Positions 20,116 through 30,144 of a DNA stretch of 64,000 nt are shown here, piece by piece (position 1 is the first letter of the stretch; each line of letters starts with the position of its first letter). The notes under the pieces were generated by a model, which saw only the letters and a program-made list of their open reading frames with translations, was not told the origin of the DNA and did no database searches. Position numbers and translations under genes: made by a program. Where the stretch lies: assembly GCA_964019335.1 (NCBI GenBank), contig OZ025654.1, positions 434,001 through 498,000 of the forward strand. The letters run 5' to 3'. This DNA is from Diplonema japonicum (lineage: Eukaryota; Protista; Euglenozoa: Diplonemea).

Positions 20116-23100
20116 CTAAATGCGTGCCTCTTCACACGCCATCTCATATTCCGTTCCCTGCAGGAAGTCGTTCATGGTGACGGCATCCTGATGCTTCTTC
20201 CACACCACAAAGCCCACGCCCCCGCAAGCGGCAAGGGAACCCACAGCGACGAGGATCCAGACCCAGACCGGGGTGGAGCTGTTGTTGTTGCTGTCCTCTG
20301 CTGGAGTGCTGGCCTCCTGCCCTGCCGCCGCCTGCAGGTTCAACGGGGAAAGGGCGTATCCCTTGCACCCCAGCAGCACAGGGCCTCCCTTCCGGGCTTC
20401 TCCGGACCCGTCTGCGCAGCTGCACGTGTAGTCCTGCATGCTCCCTTTGGTCTTCTTCCCCTCCGCGCAGTTCTCCCCATCCCCGCACGGGTTCCCCAGG
20501 CACTCGTCCACAAAGTCGCAGTTCGCCACCTTCGCCCCCTTCATCGTCTTCGTCTTCGTCGTGGCCGACCCCGCAGTGCAGCTGCACACATAGTCCCCCA
20601 ACGTCGCCATCCCTGTTGGGTCCGTGCACTCCTGGCCCCCGCACGGATCGCTGCTGCACTCCGTCTTCATCGTGCACCTCGTCGCCCGCCCCACCGTGCT
20701 GTGGCCCTCGTACAAAGTCGTTCAGGCTGTCCGCTGCAGGGTTCGGGTCGCTGCAGGTCTCCGTCACCTCGGGGTGCCCCACCCATGTGCAGGGGCTCCC
20801 CACGTTCCCGACTACGCACTCGTCGCACTTCACCACAGGGGCCCCTTTGCTGCGCCTCGAACCAAAGGGGCAGCTGCACATGAAATCACCACTCGAAAGC
20901 AGGTTTCCATCCTGGCAGCCCTGCCCAGCACCGCAAGGGTTCGTTGTGCATTCGTCGGTGCCACAGTTCGGCACTGCTTGGCCGGTCGCGTTGAAGCCTG
21001 TTTTTATGCAAGAGCAGGTGAAGTCCCTTTTGCTGCCAGCTGCTGTGTCGGGGTCGTTGCAGATCTGGTCCGCACCACACGGCTTCGCATCGCACTCATC
21101 CTTTACACACCTCGCGGGGCCATCCCTCTGGACGATGGTGGTGTCCGCATCACAGGTACAGGTGAAGTCGTGCTGGCTGTTCTTCGCCTTGTTCGGGTCG
21201 TTGCAGGTCTGACCAGAAGCAGCACCGCCACAGGGAGAAGGGGTCCTGGCACACTCGTCGATCTCGCAGGTGGCGGAGGTGCCCGTTGCAACAATGCCGT
21301 TGGTGCAGGTGCAGGTGAAGTCATTCAGATTCTTCAACTCGGTGTTGAGATCCTTGCATGTCTGCCCGGTCCCGCAAGGCTTTGCATCGCACTCATCCTT
21401 TACACACCTCGCAGGGCCATCCACCTTGACAATGCTTGTGTTTGCATCACAGGTACAGGTGAAGTCATGCTGGCTGTTCTTCGCCTTGTTCGGGTCGTTG
21501 CAGGTCTGACCAGAAGCAGCACCACCGCAGGGAGAAGGGGTCCTGGCACACTCATCGATCTCGCAGGTGGCGGAGGTACCTGTTGCAACAACACCGTTGG
21601 TGCAGGTGCAGGTGAAGTCATTCAAGTTCTTCAACTCGGTGTTGGGATCCTTGCAAACCTGTCCGGTCCCGCAAGGCTTCGCATCGCACTCATCCTTTAC
21701 ACACCTCGCAGGGCCATCAACCTTGACAATGGTGGTGTCCGCATCACAGGTACAGGTGAAGTCATGCTGGCTGTTCTTCGCCTTGTTCGGGTCATTGCAG
21801 GTCTGACCAGAAGCAGCACCACCGCAGGGAGAAGGGGTCCTGGCACACTCATCGATCTCGCAGGTGGCGGAGGTACCCGTTGCAACAACGCCGTTGGTGC
21901 AGGTGCAGGTGAAGTCGTTGCTGTTGGCAAGAGCAGTGTTGGGATCTTTGCAAACCTGCCCGGTCCCGCAAGGCTTCGCATCACATTCGTTCAAGATGCA
22001 AGTGGCAGCACCACCAGTCATGGTGCCCAACTTGGGGGCCGTACACGTGCAGACGTAGTCTTTAGTTTTCGAAACTGAAGTGTCCGGGTCGCTGCAGGTC
22101 TGCCCGCTCCCGCACGGGCTGGCATTGCACTCATCCAGCACACAGCTTGCACCCTTGCCAGTGGCCGACCCCGTCCCGGTTGTGCACGTGCACACAAAGT
22201 CGTTCGAAGGAGCAGATGCCTTATCGGGGTCCGTGCAGGTCTGTCCAGCGGGGCAAGGCGTCGACGCGCACTCGTCGTTAGAACCGGTGCTGCAGGTCGC
22301 AGGTCCACCAACATTCGTAGTCATCGTGTTCGGAGCGGGGCACGTGCACACGAAGTCCTTCAACATCGCCGCAGACTTGTTGGGATCTTCGCAGGTCTGC
22401 CCGGTGGCACAAGGCATCGACGCACACTCATCCTTCGTGCAGGTGGCGGGACCGTCAACCTTCCTGATGCTGTTGTCATTGTCGCAGGTGCATGTGAAGT
22501 CGTGAAGCTTGTTGGCTGCGGTGTCGGGATCGTTGCAGGTCTGGCCAGTCTGACCACAGGGAGCGGGGGTGGTCTTGCACTCATCCTTGGTGCAGGTGGC
22601 TGGCCCGCCGGTGACAACGATGCTGGTGGAGCCGGTGCAGGTGCAGGTGTAGTCACTAGTCGAGCCAGGGGAGGTGTTGGGGTCCTTGCAAGTTTGACCG
22701 GTCCCACACGGCGTCGTGGTGCACTCGTCCTTCATGCAGGTGGCGGGACCGTCAACCTTCCTGATGCTGTTGTCGTTATCGCAAATGCAGGTGAAATCGT
22801 GAAGCTTGTTGGCTGCGGTGTCGGGGTCGTTGCAGGTCTGGCCAGTCCCACAAGGAGTGGGGGTGGCCTGGCATTCGTCGTTCGTGCAGGTGGCCGGGCC
22901 TCCCTTGACAACGATGCTAGTGGTGCCGGTGCAGGTGCAGGTGTAGTCACCGGTCGAGCCAGGGGATGTGTTGGGGTCATTGCAGGTTTGACCGGTCCCA
23001 CACGGCGTCGTGGTGCACTCATCCTTCATGCAGGTGGCGGGACCGTCAACCTTCCTGATGCTGTTGTCGTTGTCACAGGCGCAGGTGAAGTCGTGAAGCT

Positions 23101-24496
23101 TGTTGGCTGCGGTGTCGGGGTCGTTGCAGGTCTGGCCAGTCCCACAAGGAGCGGGGGTGGCCTGGCATTCGTCGTTCGTGCAGGTGGCCGGGCCTCCCTT
23201 GACAACGATGCTAGTGGTGCCGGTGCAGGTGCAGGTGTAGTCACCGGTCGAGCCAGGGGAGGTGTTGGGGTCATTGCAGTCCTGCCCGCTGCTCCCACAG
23301 GGCTTCGTCGTGCACTCGTCCTTCATGCAGGTGGCGGGACCGTCAACCTTCTTGATGCTGCTGTCGTTGTCGCAGGTGCATGTGAAGTCGTGGGACTTGC
23401 TGGCTGCGGTGTCGGGGTCGTTGCAGGTCTGGCCGGTCCCGCAAGGGGTCGTTGTGCACTCGTCGATGGTGCAGGAGGCGGGCTTGGAGCCGGTGGCTTT
23501 CGTTGCCGTGTCGGCTTTGCAGGTGCACACGAAGTTGTTGGCCGAGCTCTGGTCCGGGTCGTTGCAGGTTTGGTCGGAGCCGCATGGCGAAGGGGTGGCG
23601 GCGCATTCGTCGGTTGAGGTTGACCCCTTGCAGCCGGTAGCGGCGGTGTTGGGCTTCAGGACGTTCTTGGCATACTCACTCCCAGGGCCCATGGGGGTGA
23701 CGTTCCCAGGGGACTTGTAGTTGCACATGAGGTACACATTTGTGGACGTCCCCGACTTCTTGTGGCACAGAGCGCAGCCCACCTCAGAGCTGTCCTTCCA
23801 CACCACCTGCGTCATGTGGCCTGTGGTGCCAGTTTCCGAGGCCGTGTCGTAGTTCCAGCAGGCTTCCTCCCCGCAGTACCACGAAGTAGTCCCGCTGGCA
23901 GGGTCGTAGTCGTGGACCTCCGTCTGGCCCCCGACCATTGCGATGTTCTCGCCGTAGCCACTCTTTTTGTTGTGGGTCAGCTTCTCCGTGGTGCAAGTGG
24001 TGGTCATCCCCTTGCTCTTGATGGTCCAGTCCGCGATCGCTGTGCTGTAAGTGAGGGGGCAGGCGCCGTGCTTGGCGCGGAACTCGTTGTGCTTGGCGAG
24101 AACGTTGTCGATCTGCCACTGCGCGAGGTCCGTGTAGCAAGGGGTGCTTGTCGCAGCGCCGCACTTCCCTGTCCTCGGGGGCGCTGGGGTTGCCTTTTCA
24201 TCGTAGGTCCCAGGGGCACAGGTGCACTTCTTGCACCCACCCATCCCAACAAGCGTCGGACAGTCATAGCTTCCGAGCAGGTCCGTGCACTTGTATCCGC
24301 TGAACGTATCGGTGCACTTGCTGGCTTGCGGGCACCAAGCAACGGAAGACGTGCAGGCCCCCAGCAACCCCCCCTCTCGGGAGACATCCGAAAGGCTCGA
24401 CGCCTCCATCCGACCGCCACCCACCGTCAGGTTATAAGGGTTCTCCTCCGTGAAGAGGGCAATACTGCCAACGAAGACAGCGGCGAGAAGCGACAT
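20116..24496 (-). CDS. CAP/SCP (PR-1-like) domain plus many EGF-like repeats, surface protein; frameshifted near 20712 ahead of the last repeats and TM
   Basis: CAP motifs HNEFRAKHGA, YGENIA, GHMTQVVWK, CNYKSPGN; more than 20 DEC...PC...C.DP...DF.C.C repeats. The last EGF repeats, TM and tail are in a second frame (ORF 20116-20715). Confidence 0.85.
21060..23450. repeat. Intragenic tandem repeats of ~294-297 bp, each encoding two EGF-like units
   Basis: Near-identical shadow ORFs at 21270/21567/21864 (297-bp period) and 22732/23026 (294-bp period); repeated peptides such as CEIDECARTPSPCGGAASGQTCNDPNKAKNSQHDFTC. Confidence 0.9.
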
Positions 24497-24900
24497 GGTG
24501 TTCCCTTAGGTTTTTATTGTGTTGTCTTTTGTGAAATCTGATGTGGATGATTGTGTGTGCTGGATAAGTACTTTTTTTGAAAGGCGATAGAAAAGAGAAG
24601 AAAAGAAAAAAAGACAAAAAGAAAAGTACTTTCAAAGAAAAGATGCATTGTGACATCTTTTCCCACGCCCATCGTCTTAAATGGAGAGAAAAGAAAGAAA
24701 AAAAAAGAGCATGGGTCGAAGAAACGATATCCCAACGTTTTCATTTTTGCAACTCCTTTTACTTTGTTGTTGTTGGTTATCCTGAGTGCTGGGATGGATT
24801 CAATGGGCTATCCGCCCCTGTGAAAAAAGAAAACCCGAAAAAGAAAAAGAAAAAAGAAGAATCCCACTTGAGGAAAAGAAAAATGAAAAACACACATCCT

Positions 24901-25720
24901 TTGCGGCAGGGGTGCGCAACAACGACTACTTAGCCCATCCACCGTCCTTTGCCCCCTATGTTAGAGAGGACCGGGCAGGGCACCGCACAACACCGCAGAA
25001 CAGAAACTACACAACACGGAGTCCGAATCGAACTTTTGAGGTGAAAAAGAAATATAGGAATTAAAAAGGAGGTCTCTGTGAGACACCCCTGTTCAGGAAG
25101 GGGGGGATGCGGATTGAAAAAAAAAGGAAAGATTGGATAATGTTTTTTTATTTTATCTTTATTTTACGTTGTTCATTCTTCTCCTCCTTCATTTTTCTGC
25201 GAAAAGAACTTCTCTCGTCGCGAGCTTGCTTACAGCCTAACCCAAGCACAGCCGTTGCTGAAGTCGATCCTCCTGCCATCGATCTGGACAGTGCCGGTGA
25301 TCCCAGTCATGCCAGTTTGGTAGGTCATCATCTGACCAGTGAGGGTCCCGACAGCGGGGGACCAGCTCATGGCCCCGCTGAGGCAGGTGAACTGGTTGCC
25401 CACCTGCTGGATCTCCACCCTGTCGGGACCAGCAGCGTTCTTCCAGGTCCCAGTGAGGTTGATGCCGGTGTTGGCTACGGAGACGAGCTTCTTCTGGCAG
25501 AGAGGGCCGTGTTGCCCAGGATGCGTCGCGCACTTGTTGCAGCAGCTGGTGGGGTTCACACCGGTGACCTGGTAGTCGCAGCTCACACACTTGAAGGCCT
25601 GCTTCTTGCAGTGGGGCCCGTGGTGCCCAGGGGTCATGTGGCAGAGCTTGCAGCAGTGGGTGGGGCTGACACCAGTCACACCGAAGTTGCAGGTGGCGCT
25701 TGTGCACTTTCCAGACATTT
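24901..25720. repeat. Segmental duplicate of 18412-19218 (repeat A, 3' region and 162-aa gene)
   Basis: Direct match from ttgcggcaggggtgcgcaac through ccagacattt; spacer between A and the CDS is more diverged. Confidence 0.9.
25230..25718 (-). CDS. Small Cys/His-rich protein (copy 2, identical to 18728-19216)
   Basis: Identical 162-aa translation. Confidence 0.75.
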   Translation of the reverse strand: MSGKCTSATCNFGVTGVSPTHCCKLCHMTPGHHGPHCKKQAFKCVSCDYQVTGVNPTSCCNKCATHPGQHGPLCQKKLVSVANTGINLTGTWKNAAGPDRVEIQQVGNQFTCLSGAMSWSPAVGTLTGQMMTYQTGMTGITGTVQIDGRRIDFSNGCAWVRL

Positions 25721-26117
25721 TATTTGTTGCTTTTTTTTTGGGGTGGTTATCTGGTGTGATTGAGAGTTAAGTAAGGAAACAATAAACAAGAGCGTGAGTA
25801 AGCGAGCGGTGTAAGCAACGGTCCACTACGAATAAAACAAGGGACCAACGTTGGCGCACTGCTGAGCGACTGTATTTATTTTTCGAGAAACAGCCCGTGG
25901 ACATGCGATGCGCCCGAGGAACGGGGGTATTTTTAATTGTTAAAGTTCAAAGAAAAGACAATCCCATTGGGACAGCCAAAGTTACGTTCAACTCCCATCT
26001 GCGCTGTCTGTCCCGACGCCGTTTAAAAGAAGAAAAAAGACACTTTCCCCCCATGTTACTTCTTCGTCTTCTTTTCTTTTTTTCTTTTCTTTTTCCTTAC
26101 TCCAACAATCATTACGG

Positions 26118-27359
26118 CTATTTAAACAGATTCTGCAGTATTGTGCAGACAATCACAAACGTGGTGAAGTAGAGCAGGAACACCGCCGTCCCACGGCGCC
26201 TTGGGGTGGAGACAGTGCAGTCCGGGTGATACACGACAAGAAGGAGGGGTACAGTGAAATTAATGAAGCCAAGGCAAAGGAGGGATGACCAATTCAACAG
26301 CGAGGTGAACCACGGCTGCAGGTAGCACACACCTGCTGCGACCCACGGCACAGCGATGGAGTAGAACCCAGGCCGGTCCGTCAGGGAAGCCAGGTTCCTC
26401 TTCAGCAAAATGGAATACACGGGAATTGGAAGCAGCAGCGCGAGACAGTAACCGTACCCAGCCAACTTGACAACCTCCGGCGGGGATGACTCGAAGACAG
26501 CTTGAAGAAGGTTTCCCGGGACGGGTGTGGGTCCATACGACCCGCCAATCACCCCGATAAGGCAACAGATAACGAACATAATGAAAACAGCAGATTTCAT
26601 GGCGGTTTTGAACGTCCCTTTATGCCTCGCTGTGTCGTGCAGAGAAGGGACCGCGAGTACGAACGCGAAGCAAAACACCGAAACCCCTAGCAGCTCAGAG
26701 GAGTCGCTTCCGACTATCGGCACAGACCCTTCCGGGTCCCGTGTCTCGGATAGATACATGAGAAGCATCCCCAACGACACTACAGACAACAGCGAAGAGA
26801 GCATCTGCGGGAAGATGTTGTCAGTGATGTCAAGGCGGCCGAGAAAGATGCAAAACACAGCGTCAAGAGCAAACCCCAACGACACACCGTATGTCCCTTC
26901 TGGGAACGGCGTCAAAGATTGAGATGTTGTGGTGAGAAGCCCCACGGACGGGTACAACCTCAACAGTGACGAAGTACCAAAAACGTTCACCAGAAAAGAA
27001 TCCACTGCCTGTGATGTAACCACTATCTGCGCGCAAGTCAATGCAGCAAGGGAGCATGATAGAACAGTCATGGTTCCTAGGTATCCCTTTTCCCCCAGGA
27101 TCTTGTGGCTCAGATCGGAGAATTCTTCTCCGGCATGTTCTTGGAGTATGTCGTTCAGAAGAGATACTGTTTTTCCTGTGACTCCTGCTGCCACGCCCAC
27201 CCCTACTACACCGTATGCCCATCCTGCCTTTCCGAATATCGAACCCAGCGCCAGCAGACCTGGTCCGTTCATAGTATTGCATGCTAAGAGCACCAACATC
27301 AATGATGAGAGCTTCTTCTGATTGGCCTCCTTGCTGCCCAGCAATGGGGTGCGCTCCAT
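26118..27359 (-). CDS. Amino acid transporter (Aa_trans family)
   Basis: Likely start MERTPLL at 27359; NTMNGPGLLAL TM1 motif; about 11 hydrophobic segments. Confidence 0.8.
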   Translation of the reverse strand: MERTPLLGSKEANQKKLSSLMLVLLACNTMNGPGLLALGSIFGKAGWAYGVVGVGVAAGVTGKTVSLLNDILQEHAGEEFSDLSHKILGEKGYLGTMTVLSCSLAALTCAQIVVTSQAVDSFLVNVFGTSSLLRLYPSVGLLTTTSQSLTPFPEGTYGVSLGFALDAVFCIFLGRLDITDNIFPQMLSSLLSVVSLGMLLMYLSETRDPEGSVPIVGSDSSELLGVSVFCFAFVLAVPSLHDTARHKGTFKTAMKSAVFIMFVICCLIGVIGGSYGPTPVPGNLLQAVFESSPPEVVKLAGYGYCLALLLPIPVYSILLKRNLASLTDRPGFYSIAVPWVAAGVCYLQPWFTSLLNWSSLLCLGFINFTVPLLLVVYHPDCTVSTPRRRGTAVFLLYFTTFVIVCTILQNLFK

Positions 27360-27745
27360 TATTAAGTATCCTTTACCATGCTGGGGGGTCGTAAAGGATT
27401 GTATAGAAAGAAAAGAGGGAGAGGGAGAGGGGTGAAAACACAAAGGTTCTATTTTTCGTTTCTTCTCACGCTTTTTTTCTTATTCTTTTTTTTCTTGTGG
27501 AGGAAAAACAACTTCTTTTTCAGTAGTGTGCCATAACTATTTGTCTTCGAACCACCGTACTCACCAGTTACGCTAAACGGTGGGAAGCCTGCCGCGGGAG
27601 TTACTGAAACATTTACCAAACACCTGTCCCCGCTCCTTTTTTTTGTATTGATGCCCTTTTTCGTTTCTTTTTCTCTCGTCTTCTTTCTATTTCTTTTCTT
27701 CAAAGGGGGCTAGATGATCAACACTTACCTCTTTTTCTTTTTGTT

Positions 27746-28357
27746 CTACGCCGATTTGTAGGTGTACTTTGCCTCCCTCAACCTTTCGATCTCATGGAAC
27801 CCCTTCTGCATGGTGTGGCAAAGGTACTCTGTCAAGCCTGTGAAGAAGACAGGCCAGAGCCAAATAAGGTGGTTGGGCTCCAAAGAGGAATAAATGAGAG
27901 AAAAGGACAGGGGCGTGTTGTCGCGGTACATCTTGTATGACAATGATGACGAAATCTCTGAGGCGGCTAGGTAGAAATGGTAAGAGGAGGGAAGCATGGC
28001 ACATAGGATAGCTGGGTAGAGGGAAATCTTCCTCCTGGCATCCCGTAGAGTTCGGTCGGGGTCCAGGCTCTGCGTGTCGGCTCCGAAGATTCGTATCACG
28101 CAGAAGAATGCCACTGCTGCCGTGCACAAGCTGCACAGCACACTCATGTTCTCCCCCGCCTCACCAAAGTGGAACCTCTCCCCATTCGCAGCCAACCCCA
28201 AGTACAATATCCCTACGATCGCTGCTATCGCCCCAAACATCCTCGAGAACGCTTTATTCGATCCCTTGTGCAGCTCTTCGTACCGCAAGCAGATGGCCTC
28301 TTGCTCTGCAGTGTCCAACGGCTCGTCTTTCACTTTGTCGCGCTTGCGAACGTTCAT
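27746..28357 (-). CDS. Hypothetical membrane protein with 3-4 TM segments
   Basis: Likely start MNVRKRD; LDTAEQE N-terminal motif, TM segments, C-terminal LREAKYTYKSA. Confidence 0.65.
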   Translation of the reverse strand: MNVRKRDKVKDEPLDTAEQEAICLRYEELHKGSNKAFSRMFGAIAAIVGILYLGLAANGERFHFGEAGENMSVLCSLCTAAVAFFCVIRIFGADTQSLDPDRTLRDARRKISLYPAILCAMLPSSYHFYLAASEISSSLSYKMYRDNTPLSFSLIYSSLEPNHLIWLWPVFFTGLTEYLCHTMQKGFHEIERLREAKYTYKSA

Positions 28358-28534
28358 ATTCTTCTTTGTTTTGTTTTGCTCTTTTTCACTTTTTGAATTA
28401 AAAAGAAGGGAGGGGGCATAATTATTCTTTGTTCCCAAACGTAAATATTAACGTTGTCGCTATCCATGCTGCAAGCATGCCTGAGATTAAAAGAAAGTAA
28501 TCAATGAGACGCCACCCCTTAAATGAGTTAAAGG

Positions 28535-29270
28535 ACGTCTTTGAACAAAAAGAAATCACCTCCACATTCTTGTGAATCACAGGTCTGCCCTCACGAACTC
28601 GTAGGTGATGCTGCCAGTGATGTTGACCTGGGTTCGGAGCATCCTTGTGGTCTGGTGTTGGTAGCCCAAGTTAGAGAAGTGCTGTACCGGGAAGGGGTAG
28701 CGCCTCACACAGCACCACCCGGCGTCCTCGCCCATCCTCTCCACCTCCCACTGGCTGTATGGGTACTTCGTCCCCTTCGTCGTGATGTGGACCTTGGTGT
28801 GTGCCCCTGTGAAGGGCTGTTTTAGCAGGTTCGAGAAGATGTCCTTGAGCAGCTTCCTGTTCGAGGCAACGGAGGCCTCCACCATCCCAGGGAGTTGCGT
28901 CGCCCCTGTGTGCGGGAAGTTGAACACGACGTAGTCCACAGCCCCGGCCACCTCGACCTGTCGGTGAAGTCGGCCCCATTCCTTGCGCACTTGCATCCCT
29001 TGAGGGCCAGCTCGGTAATCGCCACGCCTCCTTCGGGTCCAGCGTGCTCGTCGTGAGTTAACAAGAAATAAAATCAAGTTAGGGGTGACTAAAAAAAACA
29101 CTTTCTTTTAATTCTATAAAACCACTACTTTTCTAAAGCCCTTGAACACTCTTTTGCACCAAACTCAAACCCATCGATATTACAGGGACTCAATGTTGTC
29201 CTTGAAGTACTCCCACAACCCGTTTCATGGCGACGTAGTGAACAGACGTGAACGTTTGCTTCAGGGTGCA
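28535..29270 (-). pseudogene. Deletion-collapsed duplicate of the 35975-50740 locus: DUF2431 domain 3' end, intergenic spacer and fragments of the TUTase-like gene
   Basis: 28583-29056 matches 36016-36512 (with a 16-nt deletion); 29057-29178 matches 48317-48446; 29185-29270 matches pieces of 50611-50738. Confidence 0.85.
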
Positions 29271-29552
29271 GCTTCTTCTCCTTGTTCATCTTCAGCCTCG
29301 TCTTCGACCGTGTAGGTGGGGATCCGGCCATAAGGCTCAAACCCTCGGAACAACAAGGCTCCTCGAAGCGTTACGCCCGCCGGTCCATTCGGACTCGTAT
29401 AGACCCGGTTGGGGATACTGGATCTGGATGTGAATTTGGAAATAGCCGTTCGCCGAGTGTGCAATCCACACATATGTTTATTAGGTAAAATACCGCTCGT
29501 GAGCACAAACAACAAATGAAGCGCCAAACTAGTTGTTTCTTCTTTTTCTTTT

Positions 29553-30011
29553 TCAGCTGATCGCTTTCCAAGCACCCAGTCCGAGGACAGCAGACCCACC
29601 GACTTCACAAACGACAAGTGCAGCCATGAAGGCTTCAAGGAGCCACACGGGAACCGCTCCAGGTTCTTTGTTTTTCGATTGTCTTATTTGATTGTTGGTG
29701 TCATTCTGGAGCCCGTGGAGGAGGTAGCTGCCGATCGCCAGACCGAAGAAGGTCAGAGTTGCCTTGGCTGCCTTTTCATTGACGCTACTGGGGTACACCG
29801 AGAGCTGTGAGCACATCGCAAGCAGCACAGAGGCATTTGCGTACATGAGGGACGACCTGTGTGCCACGTCGACGTAGTGGTTCGCCCGCCCTGCGCTGCT
29901 GCTCATCATCTGCCTGTACTTCCATACACCGCTCAGTAGCCCTGTCATAAAGAACACGATGCTGCCCTTCACGCAGAGCTTTGTCGCCTTTGCCAGCTTT
30001 ATTCCATCCAT
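29553..30011 (-). CDS. Small 4-TM protein resembling uncharacterised bacterial membrane proteins
   Basis: GLLSGVWKY..M, YVDVAHRSSLMYA and SYLLHG..NDTNNQ pattern. Confidence 0.6.
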   Translation of the reverse strand: MDGIKLAKATKLCVKGSIVFFMTGLLSGVWKYRQMMSSSAGRANHYVDVAHRSSLMYANASVLLAMCSQLSVYPSSVNEKAAKATLTFFGLAIGSYLLHGLQNDTNNQIRQSKNKEPGAVPVWLLEAFMAALVVCEVGGSAVLGLGAWKAIS

Positions 30012-30144
30012 GTATTCCCTTTCCCTTTTTTTTTTTTAATTCTTCCCTCAGTTGCAGTGTAAGTCAGCTCCCGTTGCCCTCGAGTTTGATATGAATAACG
30101 AGAGAGGAATGTTAGAAAGAAAAAAGAAAAAACTCAAAGTACAG

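Noticed and set aside
21060-23450. Regular repeats resembling a CRISPR array
   Set aside because: In-frame coding EGF repeats without unique spacers; eukaryotic context and no cas genes.
20191-24541. Long plus-strand ORFs opposite the CAP-EGF gene, and similar ones opposite the giant gene
   Set aside because: Antisense shadows of GC-rich repetitive coding sequence with no motifs.
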